Shown here one piece after another: positions 26,401 through 40,765 of a stretch of 64,000 nucleotides of DNA (position 1 is the stretch's first letter; the number at the start of each line of letters is the position of its first letter). Origin of the DNA: the human T2T-CHM13v2.0 reference genome, Homo sapiens; assembly GCF_009914755.1 (NCBI RefSeq), contig NC_060931.1; one strand, given 5' to 3'. The notes beneath the pieces are model-generated. The model searched no databases, was not told the origin of the DNA, and saw only the letters and a program-made list of their open reading frames with translations. The position numbers and the translations under genes are program-made.

Positions 26401-28239
26401 TCACAATATTTGAGGCTTCACTTTAAAGTTTCTTCTCTATCCTCAGGCAGGAGAAAAATAATTCTACAATTTGTTTTTTGATATTTTTGATATGGTAATT
26501 CACAGCTGCCAGCTTGGAACATCTCACCTCTTCAAAGCTTTGAAGCATGGAGGATCTTTGAATATTTCAATATTTTGTCTCTTGCAATACAGAAGAGGAA
26601 AATCTGATTCCAGGAATCAAGAAAAAAAATTCCTTCAACTCTCAGCCAAAATTTAATGTCACAGAAACTAAGAGAAATATTTATAGCCCTTGGAAAAAGT
26701 ATCATTAAGTTCATGAAACTCTACCTCATGATCAGTCAAATATAATGGCTTTTTGGCATATGTAGTTGATAAAAGCCAACCTCTTTGTTGATGAAAACGC
26801 TGACACTAATTATAAACTCTTATATTAATTAAAATTTCAATTAATACTTTGGCCTTCTAATTTTTAAGGTCAAGTAATTGGGAAACTTTTCTTTTTCTAT
26901 TTTCATGTTTATTTTTGCTTATATTATGAGGTTTTGTATGAAATATCACACTGACATGAAGAAACATCTGTATTTTGAGATAGAAAAATAGGGGAGCGAG
27001 AAGGAAGTGAAACTCTGGGAACTTGAAACCTAAAACTGATTTTCAGCTTACTATGGATTTTCCAGGACCCTGGCAGAGAATTTATTGATAATCAATACTC
27101 AATAAGTAGATTTCAAATAACTAACTAAAAAAAGGCTCCACATAGTTGTACTTTGAAAGGAAGCATTTTATGTTCACAACACTTTAAGAAAGGCTATCTT
27201 AAATAAAGTTAAGCAAAAGCTTTCATTGGAGGACTTCTAAATTACCAACCAGCTTATTAAATACCTGTCAGCATTAGAATTTCACATATTTTTTAACAAT
27301 AAATCAATTTTTTTCGGTTTTTGAATAACAGTGTTTTTTGAAATATAATTTGGGGCAACACTTGCTTGGAGGAAATTGTAAAAATATACTCTGAGAAAGT
27401 GACTTTTCACAATTTTTCTCTAATGAGTGAAAAAAGAGTGAATGTTATTCTTGCAATATATATCATTGATAGTAAATAAAAGCTAAATGGAAAAAAGGAC
27501 AGCTACAAAATGAAATTTCCATTCCCAGCTGGAGTTCTTAACAATCTACCTCTAGTCTCCTAGGATAATTCTTAACATTTACAAATGAGAAAACGCTTTA
27601 CAGAAACGTATTAAAGTATGGCATGTTTTTGAGACACACACTAACGATGCAACATTTTTAAATGAATCTGTAGTGGAAATAGCAAGGGACTAGCACACAA
27701 TTTTCATAATCAGGAAGACATTTACATTTTCATAGCATTGTTATGGTTAGATAGGTCAATATGCATACCTTAACCCAATGTAAATTCATTTCAAACGAGT
27801 GAGGATAAACACGTTGTAAAGAGCAAATGAGCAATAAATGTGTGTACACTATCTGAGAAAGTAATAGTGATAACTGATATGATTTATAAATGTAAAACTT
27901 TATAAGAACACTTTCTAAGTACATGATTAAATGATTTTAACCCAGGGGTACAGATTTGGAATATCAAAATGAACTCAACTCAGAAGTTTCCTGTGAGTCA
28001 GGAAGAATGTTTATTTTTTTCAATTAAGAATTAAGAAGATATAGTAGATATCCAGTGTCTATTTTTGATTCAAAATAACTTTACTGATAAATTTAAAAAT
28101 AGAGATGATTCAAACTAAATTTTCAGCCATAGGGCCAATAGTCTTATTGGTGAATAAAGACACTCTTACTGTAAAGAAGCACAACACATGGAAAACAGTG
28201 GCATGTGTGTGAGACTGAAAGAACCAAGAAACCTAGGAT

Positions 28240-29520
28240 ACTGTTTATCTGTGAAACAAAACATGCAGTGTTTTCCATTGCAGAATTGTTTGTAATAGTT
28301 GATATTTTAAAACAACCCATGAAGCCATCCAATAAAGGACCATTGAATGAGGCAAGTGCATCTTTACCATGGAGTACTCTACAGTCTTCAAAAATATGAG
28401 GAAGACTTCCATGCAGGATATTTCATTAAGTGAATTAGACAAAGTGTAGAATAGGATGAGGGTAAAGAGTAAATAGTAATTTACCTTTTCTGGGGGCACT
28501 GGGGGGAGACAGAGTCTCGCTTTGTAGCCCAGGCTGGAGTGCAGTGGTGGATCACTACAACCTCTGCCTCTTGGGTTCAAGCAATTATTGTGCCTCAGCC
28601 TCCAGAGTAGCTGGGATTACAGCCATCCACAACCACATCTGGCTAATTGTTGTATTGACAGGGTTTCACCATGTTGACCAGGCTGGTCTTGAACTCCTGA
28701 CCTCAAGTAATCCACCCACGTCAGCCTCCCAAAGTGTTGGGATTACAGGCCTAAGCCACCATGTCTGGTCAATACTAATTTACCTTTATATAAGAAACAG
28801 AAATAAAAATGTTCTTGTATACATTTGCTTATTTTTACTTAAAGTAATGAAAGTTTTGTAAAAACTAAAGGCTATGATTACACACTTGGGGGAGGAGGAG
28901 ATGAATTAGAGGTGACAGACCTAGAAGCCATACTTCTCTGATTATTCCAGTTACTAGGATTTTGCCTTTCGAATTTTGTGATTTTATGACACATTCAAAT
29001 CATCAAACAGCAAATCCTGAAATAAAGAGAAACACATGAGCCTAATGTTTTATCAAATCAGCAGTATGTTTACCCATGAAAGAAATTATTTCAAATAAAT
29101 GAAACAATATAATGTTTATTCTTAGCAGGTACATTTCAAGCATAAAAAGAACTTCAAATGAATTTTCAACTACATTCAGAAAGTGGGTATTGATAAGAGT
29201 TATATTAGTATTGTGAAATATGCATATTGAAGGATAAAGTCAATGTATTATTGTTGTTAGAAACCAAGATCTCATCATAAGAAAAAAAGCTGAAAAATAT
29301 AAAATCAAAAGGTTAGCCAAAACACATAGTAGTAAGTTTAAACTACACATATAAATATGAACTCATGATTTTTAGTATGTATTTTCTTGCACTGCTCACT
29401 AAAAGGAACTCAAAGATGAGACATCATAGTACCTTTGAACATGCCTAAAGCCTCTATTTCTTATCTTAATTTCTAAATATCACACTCCACTAAAAGAAGC
29501 AGGACTCCTTGGTAAATAGG
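28240..29520 (+). mobile_element. Old L1ME/MC-like 3' region, interrupted by the Alu at about 28.5 kb
   Basis: CATTGCAGAATTGTTTGTAATAG...AAACAACC...CCATCCAATAAAGGAC...ATGGAGTACT L1M 3' motifs; A-rich continuation. Confidence 0.5.
28490..28770 (-). mobile_element. AluS-type SINE with 17-bp TSD
   Basis: Alu body 28506-28770; TSD AATAGTAATTTACCTTT (28472-88) vs AATACTAATTTACCTTT (28771-87). Confidence 0.92.
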
Positions 29521-30200
29521 CTGGTGCTTCTTTATTCATTGCCACCTGAACTCAAATTATACAATAGTAGAGGGAAACTTAAACTTAGCATTGCAAGTTA
29601 ACTAAGTCATTTTCAGATGTTTCTAGTTTCATAAGACTTCCCTTTTTTCCTTTTTCTATTAAGATAAAATGTAACTATATAAAATGTTACATGAAAAATG
29701 AATAACGAAGATGTTTCAACAAAAAGTGTGACAGTCTACCCTTTAAAGATACTCTACAATACTTAAAAATAAATATCAGGTAGATGAAATATAAAAGAAT
29801 AAAAAACCTATAAAAGTATTAGTTGAAAATATGAACATTTTAAAATAAATCTATGGATGCATAGAGCTTTCTGAAGCCAGGGACAAAGCTGAGGAGAAAC
29901 AGCAGAATTATTGATGAATTTAAATTACGTTAAAAGAACTTGTTAACAAATTTACAATATTAGGAGAAAACATATGCAGTAGGAGGAAACATGGAAATAA
30001 TCAATATACAAACTATTCAAGAAAGCCTTAGATATTAGTAAAAAAAAAATTAACCAAGGAAACAGTGGGCAAGGGACCCAGCCATGCAATTCACAGAAAG
30101 AAAATATAAACAATAACAGAGGATGGATGACTTACTGCTCCACTGATCAAGGCAACGCGTGTTAAAATGATGAGAAATTGGGGTGTTTTTACTTAATCAG

Positions 30201-30563
30201 TGACATGGTTTGTCTATGTGTCCCCACCTAAATCTCATCTCAAATTGTAATCCCCACATGTGGAGGGGGGACCTGGTGGGAAGTGATTGGACTATGGGGG
30301 TGGATTTCCCCCTTACTTTTCTCCTGATAGTGAGTGAGTTCTCACAAGATCTGGTTGTTTGATAGTGTCTGGTGATTTTCCTGCTCTCTCTCTCCTGCTG
30401 CCATGTAAGACATGCCTTGCTTCCCCTTTGATTTCCATCAGGACTGCAAGTTTCCTGAGGCCTCCCCAGCCATGTGGAACTGTGAAACAATTAAACCTCT
30501 TTGCTTTATAAATTACCCAGTCTTTGCTATTTCTTTATAGCAATGTGAAATATGACTAACATA
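30201..30563 (+). mobile_element. THE1D-like MaLR solo LTR
   Basis: TGACATGGTTTG...CCCCACCTAAATCTCATCTCAAATTGTAATCCCC...ATTAAACCTCTT...GACTAACATA; 5-bp TSD ATCAG/GTCAG. Confidence 0.9.
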
Positions 30564-30890
30564 GTCAGTTTTTTAAAAAGATTAATTACAAATAGCATTG
30601 AAGAGGATGTGGAGAATCAGTCATTCATAAATTATTGATAAAAATTTGTATTGGAAATGTAGTTTATCAGGATATTTTGACAATATTTAACAAAGGTAGA
30701 AATGGATATATATTTTGAACCAGTAAAAACCCCTACTAGGAATTTATTATGCTCATCCATGTGGACAATGAAGATAATATACATTAGTATGTAATAAGCT
30801 TGAAACAAATAACTTGGCACAATCTTGTAAATTTTAAATTATATATACCCTAGGAAGCATCAGGGATAATTACAAGTGGATATCCTAAAG

Positions 30891-32891
30891 CAGTGGTTCT
30901 CAAAGTCTGGCCTTTGCACCTCTGAGAATCCTCAAGACTTTTAATGAGGTCCATTAATTCAAAGCTATTTTCACATCTGCACTATGATGTTTTACTTTAG
31001 TTCTTTCACTGTGTTGACATTTGCACTGATGTTGCAAATGCTATGTGATTCACACTGCTGGAGTTCTGTTAAAAATGTCTTCATGAAGACACATGAGGAC
31101 ACACGGCATCATCAAACTGTACTAGCACTTTTTATTATTCACTACCTATGTAAGTTGCAAGCTGAACTAGCCACTTTTTAATGAAATATTACTTTTACTT
31201 GTAAGACTGGCAGGAAAACTAATGCTTTAGCAGCTATTTTCATAAAAATTAACAGGGAGCCAGTAATTCCAAGGAAAGCATTTGATGGCCTTTGTTGCCT
31301 GTGATAAAATGTGAGCATTCAAGTGATAATTAAAATTTTTAAAAACGTGTCCATCTATCATCATGAGCTTGATAGTTTCCCTATCTTAAAGACTTTTCTT
31401 ATGAGAGGAGCAGTGACACTTCTCTCATACTATGTGAGATCAAATTTGATTTTTGTGAAAATGTAAACTCCAATTTGATTTTTTAAAATTTTTCATTGGA
31501 GGTATTACCACTTGGAAGAGCCATGTAACTTGGTGAACCAATATTTTCCAAATGACCAGTGTCTGAAGTTACAAGGTCGTGGATGAATAAAAGGTCCATT
31601 CAAAGTTCAAGATAGAGCAGCAGATTTTAATGTTATAGAGATTGAAATAGTCACTAATCCCACATTGCAAGTAAATTTTTAAAAATTACCTTTTGCTAAG
31701 TTTAATGTGTTATCAAATAAGAATATCCATAATAATCTAAAAAGGATTTTAAAATTGTCTTCCACTTTTCAGCTACATATCTGTGTGTGTCCCAACAAAT
31801 TTAATGAATAAGTAGCTATCAGATTTCAGTTGCCTTCAATTAAGTCAATCATTAAAGAATTTATAAAAACATAAGCCAATTTTAATTTACTCAGTAATTT
31901 CGCTGTTTTTTTGGGGAATATACTCATAGTTTTCATTAAAAGTGATATTAATTAAGTAATTGGTTGATTTAAGCCAACTTGTTTTATTTGGCAAAGTAAA
32001 ATAATACATAAATACTATCCAGCAAAAAACATAATATGTTGATATTAATAATTTCAGATTTCTCTTTGGCCCATTATATGGTTTTATATTTATAAAATGA
32101 CATTGATTGTGATATATACCAATAATGTTTTTAAATGGATAAATAATAATTCTATATATTTATTGTGTACATGTTTTGAAATACATATACATTGTGGAAT
32201 AGCTACGTATAGCTAATTAACATACTCTATAATGCACATACTTTTTTTATAGTGAGAACACTTAAGCCCTACTTTCTTATCAATTTTCTGGAATACAATA
32301 TAGTCACCATATTATATAGTAAACCTCTCTCGCTTATTCCTCTTTTCTAACTGAAATTTAGTATCCTTAGACCAACATCTCTCCCCATTTTCTAGTCTCT
32401 GGCAACCACATTTTACTCTACTTTTGTGTGCTCAACTTTTTAAGATTCCATATACAAGGGTGATCTTGTGGTATTTCTCTATAGGAAATACCACATGGCT
32501 AATTTCACTGTCAACACAATTTCCTCCAGGTTCTTCCACATTGTTGTAAATGACAGTATTTTCTTCTCTTTTAAGCTGAATAGCACTCCATTTTGCATAT
32601 CTACCACATTTTCTTTCTCCATTCATACAATTGATGAATGCTGAAGTTGACTACATAGCTTGCCTATTGTGAATAATACAACAGTGAATGTGGAGTGAAT
32701 ATATCTCTTAAAAATTTTTATATCAACATAAGTAGATTTATTATTTTAAATGTACTAACAATTTTAATGATAATTTTTAATTTCTAATATGCAAAAATTG
32801 GTAAGATAGAATTTAAACAGACGCTCTTTGAGGTCTTCAATAATTTTTAAATTACAAAAAAGTTTGAGACCAAAATGTATAAGAACCACCA
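30891..32891 (+). mobile_element. Charlie1a-like hAT DNA transposon with a nested L1
   Basis: Terminal repeats CAGTGGTTCTCAAA ... TATAAGAACCACCA; internal TTCACTGTGTTGACATTTGCACTGATG; degenerate 8-bp TSD TCCTAAAG/TCTTAGAA. Confidence 0.8.
32128..32712 (-). mobile_element. L1MA-type 3' end nested in the Charlie1 element
   Basis: TATATATTTATTGTGTACATGTTTTGAAATACATATACATTGTGGAATAGCTA...GTGAGAACACTTAA...CAACTTTTTAAGATTCCATATA is an antisense L1MA 3' UTR. Confidence 0.85.
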
Positions 32892-32910
32892 TCTTAGAAA
32901 AGCTCATGCA

Positions 32911-33260
<350 letters not shown>

Positions 33261-34425
33261 TCAATGAAAATTACCTAAAATTTAATGTTAATTAACAATT
33301 GGATAGAATAAATTGTAGTTATTCACAAAATAGTATACTACGAAATGATGACAAAAATGCCAGAGGTTGGGTGAAAAAAGCAAAAGTCAAATAAATTAAC
33401 CATAATCTATGGATGGTGAAATTATAAAGAGGAGAAAGAATGTGATCATGAAAAAGGCAGATGGAGTGACCATTACTTTGGGGTGAGGGAAGCATTTGGG
33501 ATTGAGGTGGGACTTATGAAAATATTCTGTACTATTAAAATTCTGCTCCTGACCTCTGTGATTACATGAGTAAACACTTTATAATTATTAACAAACTCTC
33601 TATGCTCTTTATTGTTATAAAACATTATTTGTTTAGCTACTATTGGAGAAATATTTTCTCATGGGTTAGTTGGTTTCATTCCTGAGTATAATTAAATCAT
33701 TGCATAATGAAAGAAGGTGGATTTAGAAGTGAACCAGAACTAGATATGCAGTCTAGCATCACAATTTACTGGGAGAGAAAAGTTACCCAATTTATTTCAC
33801 TTCTCACAGTTTCATTATTCATTCTCCCTAGGGATGACAAAATTGGTTTCATAGGGTTGCTTTGAGCTTTAGTGAGATCTATAATGCAGCAATTGGTTGG
33901 CAATGCAATATAATGCACTTCTTCCATTTCTGTATCTGTTATTTCTAAGAAGACATCTCTGAAATCATTGTATTTTCTGGACGCCAGAAGTACTTTGTTC
34001 AGGAGGTATAAGGTGAAGGCTTATGTGAGCTTATTGCTTTCCTCATGACAACAGCTGCTCTCTGCTGTTTGGACTGAGTGAAGTGGATAGACAGTTGTTA
34101 CCAACATGCAGAGAGTTTCTTAAGAGGAATTACCAGATAACTATAAATTGAAGTATTGAGTCAGGAAGCCAACAAGAAATTTGTGTATAAGAAATAGCAG
34201 TGAGGAGACAGTCTCTGGTAAGCACTTTTTGAAGTTCCAGGTGAGCAAAAAAGTCTCATTTATCTGCCTGCAAAGCAATAAATACTTGGAATTAGCTTTT
34301 TGGGATTAGCAGCTGCCAGGATTGTCAATGTCTGCAAATTAACATACTTATTTTAGAAATAGGAAAATGGCCTACACACTGAAAATCAATAATGAAAATC
34401 TTAATCCATACATAGATGCCTAATG

Positions 34426-34896
34426 TTAGTTCTTCTTGGACATTTTGATGTGAGGAATCCTTTGCTATCTTAAAATTCACAGATACATGTATCAATGTTA
34501 ACCATATTAGAAATTAAACTGAGAAATTTAAAATGTATGCATTAAATGATTTATTTTAAAATAAACTCATTAAAGGTTAGTATAAATATTTTATGATAAA
34601 TAACTATATTTTTAAGTAAAAATATATATATTGAGAAGAGTTGCATTGCTTTACACTTGGCAAATATGGCTTTAATGCAAGATAGCTTTATTGCCAAATG
34701 AGTTTCTGCAGTCAATCTCTTGTAATACTATGTGTAGTCTCTGGTAAACTACTACTCTCCACTTATGAGAGAATGAAACTGTCCACTTATGAGAGAATGA
34801 AAAAGACAAAGAAATAAAATAGTATTTTGAAAATAGTTCTGCATAGCAGACTTCCTGAAACATCTTGAAGATCCAGGTACACTTTGAAAACTGTCA
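34426..34896 (-). mobile_element. Charlie1b-like hAT non-autonomous element
   Basis: Ends GAAAATAGTT...CACTTTGAAAACTGTCA, the reverse complement of the Charlie1 left end; contains a 24-bp tandem duplication at 34758-34802. Confidence 0.7.
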
Positions 34897-35959
34897 GCCC
34901 AGAATATTGATGAAGCTCAGCAAGTAGGGGTGTGAGCAGGCCCACAGGCTGGCTCTGCTTGGAACATCAGCCTGCTGCAAGTACTGCCAGACTGTGAACT
35001 CCTTAAAGGTAGAAGCCATGGTGGATAGGGAAAGAAGTAAGGAGAAGAAGAATCAAAGGACATTACAGGTTGAAATGGGATTCTAGGCTGCTCAGGTTAC
35101 TTTATAGTGTGACATGCCGTGAGGCCACCACACAGGATTTCCTGCATCTTTCCAATATTTGGAATGTGCTAGAATATCAGCAATACACAGACTAGAGCAG
35201 TAATCAAAATAAAGCATTTGCAACTCACTTCTTTGTCAAGATGTCATAACCAGAACTAAATATCATAAGGGATACAAGAATACCTCTTCCCTCGCACCCA
35301 TTTGTCATGGCGTTAGACATAGATTTAAAGATGTCATAAAAATAAACTACATATTGTTAGTCTTTGACTCTAGGAGTAATACATGGGTTTTATGTTCTAT
35401 TTGGGGACGTAGCAGGAAAGAGCAGGATCATTACTGGCAGAAAAGCAACTGTTGCTGGTGTTATCTTCAGGGAGGGGCAATAGGAAAGAAGACAGTGTGC
35501 TAGTTCATGTTACCTGAGGAGGCAACAAAAATCACTACCCACGTTACTCTCTCTCAAAATTATTTTTCTTTTGATTTTTTTCTGTTTCAATATAAAAAGA
35601 GATGAAAATCTGTGCGTGGACCTGCCAATTTTAGTTTATGTCTTCTCTAGATGTTTTCATACGAGGAAAAGTAGGTAACTTTTTTTTCATACCTGGAAAA
35701 ATAAGTAGCTTAAAATGTTCTCCAAGAATGTTACTTTATTCTTACTAATCTTACACTGATTTCATGAAAAATAAGATGAGCGTAGAGTATACTGATAGCT
35801 TCTATTCTCCCACGTTGAGCTTCAGAGACCAGATAAACCTTGGTAGTGCCAATTTCTAAATAGAACAGTCCCCTAAAGTATAGTATCATTTACATAACTA
35901 AAGAGGAAATTAATTCTTCAGTTTTGAAATTAAGTTAATGACTAGAGTTGTTGGGTCTG

Positions 35960-36503
<544 letters not shown>

Positions 36504-36857
36504 TAATTGGCCTACATGGGCAATGCTGCCTCATGATAAAGGGACACTACAAATGTTTCACTCTCACTTCCAGGCTCAGCAAGCAATATGCTTAGGACAC
36601 AGACCCCAGATTTCAGAATAAGATATCTGCGCTAAGTGCTAATATAATGCCTATTATCTAATTCCTTAATTCTTCAAAAATAGATAATCTAAAAGTGTTT
36701 ACTTAAATCTAAATCCCAGTGTTGCCTCACAGAGATTAGTTGAGCTATGACATTTCACATTTAACTTCTGTTCTAATGCTAGCCATTGAAGAGTTTAACT
36801 ATTAAAAGTGCTAGACATATTCTCTATGAACAGGAACAATCCACCCGCCTGACTCAG

Positions 36858-37046
36858 ATGGGTTTTTCCAAACCAGGGGCTCTTGACAAGCAGCATCTGC
36901 ATCCCCCTGGTGCTGATAAGAAATGCACATTTTCAGTCCCACCCAGCATGTAGAGAATTGGAAAATCTAGGCTTGGGGCACAGGAATCCATGTTTTATCA
37001 AGGCCTCTATTTGATTCTGATTGACTCTAAAGTGTGAGAACCACCA
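36858..37046. mobile_element. MER5A hAT-Charlie MITE
   Basis: CAGCATCTGCATC...AGAAATGCACATTTTCAG...TGATTCTGAT...TAAAGTGTGAGAACCAC. Confidence 0.8.
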
Positions 37047-37503
37047 GTCTACACATCAGCCCCCTCCACAGGGAAATGTGGCAAAACATGGCCAGTGTGT
37101 GGTCGTGCAGCCAGTTTGGGAGATAGTTGAGGCTGCCCCACTTTGTCTCGAAGGCTCTGCACACAAGACATACAGCGACGTGGGTCCTTTGCAAAGCCCA
37201 GCCACACAGGCCATCAGAATTGGTGACATGTTTAAAAGATCAGACCTTTGGTGGGAGAATTGAGGCATGCAGACACAATTGTGCAGACAGTGTGAATTTG
37301 GCTGAAGAAAAGTTATACATGAAGGAAGCTAGGTTGGTCAAAGGACAAGCTAGGCATGAAAAGAAGTCTTATAATTGAGATAACTCTAAACTCAATCCCA
37401 TTAAAATAATAATTATGATAAAAACAATTAAAAAAAACAGTAATTGGACATAGCTAGAAATATCACAAATCCAGGCTGTACTGACTCAGAAAGAAGATGT
37501 AGG

Positions 37504-37719
37504 CAATAGTTCTCAAATAGGACAATTTTGTCACTCCACCCCAGGGCATGTTTGGAGACACTTTGGATGTCACAACTGAGGGAAGAAGATGCTACTAGAA
37601 TTTAGTGGGGTGCTACTAAACATCCATAGTTCATCAGACTGTGCAACAGAGTACAGGACTGTACAGCAGAGAATTATCTGGCAAAAAAATATCCACAGTA
37701 CTGAGCTTGAGAAGCCCTA
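37504..37719. mobile_element. MER20 hAT-Charlie element
   Basis: CAATAGTTCTCAA...TTTGGAGACACTTTGGATGTCACAACTG...GCTACTAAACATCC...AGAATTATCTGGC...TTGAGAAGCCCTA. Confidence 0.8.
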
Positions 37720-39874
37720 ATCTAGATGCACGTAGTGATAGATACATACATTTAAAGTTGCCCCATGTCCATCCAGTCCATTTACATTATTCCAAGAGTT
37801 TTCCATTTTAATTCACAACCTATTGTGAATTTGATAGATGAATTTCTATAAAGTTAATCAATATAATTAATCAGTAGAGGCAATTTTAATCATTAATACA
37901 GTAAAAAGAAACACTTTTTTTGGCTGTGCAAATCGACCTGAACTCGGGCTTTTCTGTCTTTTCTTTCATTTATTCTGAGGAGTAAAGATATAGCCTCAGC
38001 AACACTCCTCATGGTCCAATTTATTAGTTTCAGAAAAAGAATAGAATGACATGGAGAATATAGTCTGCACATATTTGACTTTTATCTCTTGCTCATTTAG
38101 CTTCAGCAACGATAGAAAAAAAGCAAAAAAGCATTCACTAAAAGCTGTTTGGGACTGCCTAGCTCCCTCTTTATCACACAAATTGACTTTTTGCCAATGT
38201 TTTACTCCTGTTGGCTTCAATTACATAAGAATTAATTTTGCCTGGCACAGTTAGTCAGTGCATACTTAAGGTATAATATTCTAAGATTTTGGTAGTAATT
38301 CATTTATACTGTGTCTATTAAATAGACTTAAAGCTATCTTGAATTTAATTGGTAGGCCAATTTTTTATACTACTGGCCAGTGAATCACCATATCCTTTTT
38401 TAAATAAGTTGAGACCTGTCATATCTATGTTACAACCACAGATGACATTCTGCAGGTGCACTATAAATGAGAAAGAACTTTTACAAAAGGCCTTAAAAGA
38501 GGACTTTCCTCAAATACCAAACCAAAGATAACAAAGTCTTTTTAGGTGAGACTTTCTTTACAATCAGAATATAAATGTGAGACATTGGTGAGGTATTTGT
38601 TGAATAAACCATATGTTTTCCAGCTATAAAATGTGTCACTTAAACTACATGTCTGATGTCACTCCTCCTTTGGAAGTGAAATTTGATAACCCTTTGATTC
38701 TATGAATCTTGCATATATGTATAAGAGTCAAGTATGGGTAGTATTTGAATATTATTCTATGATATTATGTTTTTATGTAATATACATGTTATTTATCCCA
38801 TAAAAAATTGAATAATGTTATCTCAATTTAAGTAAAAAAATAGACTGACAATTTTCTATAGTACTTCTAAAGTCTTCATTTGCAGACATATCTTCAAGGT
38901 CCATTGCGTACATACAAATATAACCTTGGGTTCACTTATTTATTGTTGTCCCAGCTAAATTCTACAGTTTTGTGGTTGGTAAAATAAACATCTATGTGTT
39001 ATCCATGCAATCCCTCAATACACACAGAAAGTATATATTTATGTGCTGTATAGAAGAATATTATTTCCCTGACATACTTTGGCTAGTACAAACTAAAATA
39101 TTCTACACAACAAGGAATAGACATTGAAAGAAAAAATCATGGGTAGCAAGCTTTTTTTTCCTTTTTTTAAACATTATTACAAGTTTCAATAGAGCCTTCC
39201 CCTTGACTACATAAAAAGTAATCATTTGCCCATGTGGTTTGATGAAAAGATTCCTCAGCTGTAGCAGTCTTCCTTATCCTCAAGCTTGAGCAGAGCAAGT
39301 ATGTAGCATGCTGGAACTTTATACTAGGTGTGAAGCTGAGCAAATAGCACTGAAAAATTATACCAGAAGTTATTTGCAAATATGAATGTGTCGAATAATA
39401 TTGAAATATGTCAGGATTTTCTATTCACCTTTGCTATTAAATTATATCTTAATCTCTCTATGGTTAAATAAAATACTGAGAAGCCATGCAATTCTTTGAA
39501 GTTTATTGATATTTGCTTTATACGGCCCATATTTGGTTAAAATTAATAATGTACCTTGTGCACCCAAAAGAATATGTGTTCTGCCATTGCGCAGTAAAAT
39601 GTCATGGTTAGTTATATACGTGTAGATAGATAGATGGTAAACAGTTCATAGATAGATTGGATTATATACTATCTTCATAAATTAACACACATGTGCATAT
39701 TAACATGCCACTCATTCTTTGACCTCTATTTTCATGCTAACACTTTTCTCTCTCTTTAAAAACTAGCTGTTACTTCCAGATTATTGTTTTAGTAATCTAA
39801 TAAATTACATTTTTGTAAATAAATCATTAATCAGATTAATAAATTTACAAACTAAATAAATAATCCATATAGTC

Positions 39875-40313
39875 TGTATTAGTCAGGGTTCTCTAAAGAG
39901 ACAGAACTAATAGGACAGATATATAAGTAAACAGGAGTTTATTAAGGAGTATTAACTCACATGATCACAAGGTCTCACAATAGGCCATCTGCAAGCTGAG
40001 GAGCAAGGAACCCAGTCAAAGTCCCAAAGCTGAAGAACTTGGAGTCCAGTGTTTGAGAGCAGGAAGCATCCAGCACGGGAGAAAGATGTAGCCTGTGAGG
40101 CTAGGCCATTCTAGTCTCTTCATGTTTTTCTGCCTGCTTTATATTCTGGCCATGCTGGCAGCTGATTAGGCCCACCCAGATTAAGGGTCTGCCTTTCCCA
40201 GCCCACTGACTCAAATGTTAATCTCCTTTGGCAACACCCTCAAAGATACACCCAGGATCAATACTTTGCATCCTTCAATCCAATCAAATTGACATTCAGT
40301 ATTAACCATCACA
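39875..40313 (-). mobile_element. MLT2A (HERV-L) solo LTR
   Basis: TGTATTAGTCAGGGTTCTCT...ATCCTTCAATCCAATCAAATTGACATTCAGTATTAACCATCACA = reverse complement of an MLT2A LTR, about 440 bp. Confidence 0.92.
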
Positions 40314-40371
40314 CAATCTTATAATCCATGAATAATTTCACTGTGAAATCCTTCCTGAGTTCTTTTGTAAG

Positions 40372-40765
40372 TGAAAAGGTTTGGTTCTGTGTCCCCGCAC
40401 AAATCTCATGTTGAATTGTAATCCCCGGTGTTGGAGGTGGGCCCTGGCAGGAGGTGATTTGATCTTGCGGGTGGTTTCTGAAAGTTTGGTGCTATCCCCT
40501 TTCTGCTGCTCTTGTGATAAGATTTTCATGACATCTGGTTATTTAAAAGTGTGTGGTACTTCCCATCTCTCTCTTGGTCCTGCTCCTTCCATGTGAGACA
40601 CCTGCTCTCCCTTTGCCTTCTGCCATGAGTAGAAGCTCCCTGAGGCCTCCCCAGAAGCAGATGCTGCCATGCTTCTTGTACAGCCTGCAGGACTGTGAGC
40701 CAATTAATCACCTTTCTTATAAATTCTTGTATTTCTTTATAGCAATGCAAGAGTGGACCAAAACA
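40372..40765 (+). mobile_element. MSTA/MSTB MaLR solo LTR
   Basis: TGAAAAGGTTTGGTTCTGTGTCCCC...GAGGCCTCCCCAGAAGCAGATGCTGCCATGC...GGACCAAAACA; perfect 5-bp TSD GTAAG (40367-71, 40766-70). Confidence 0.92.
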
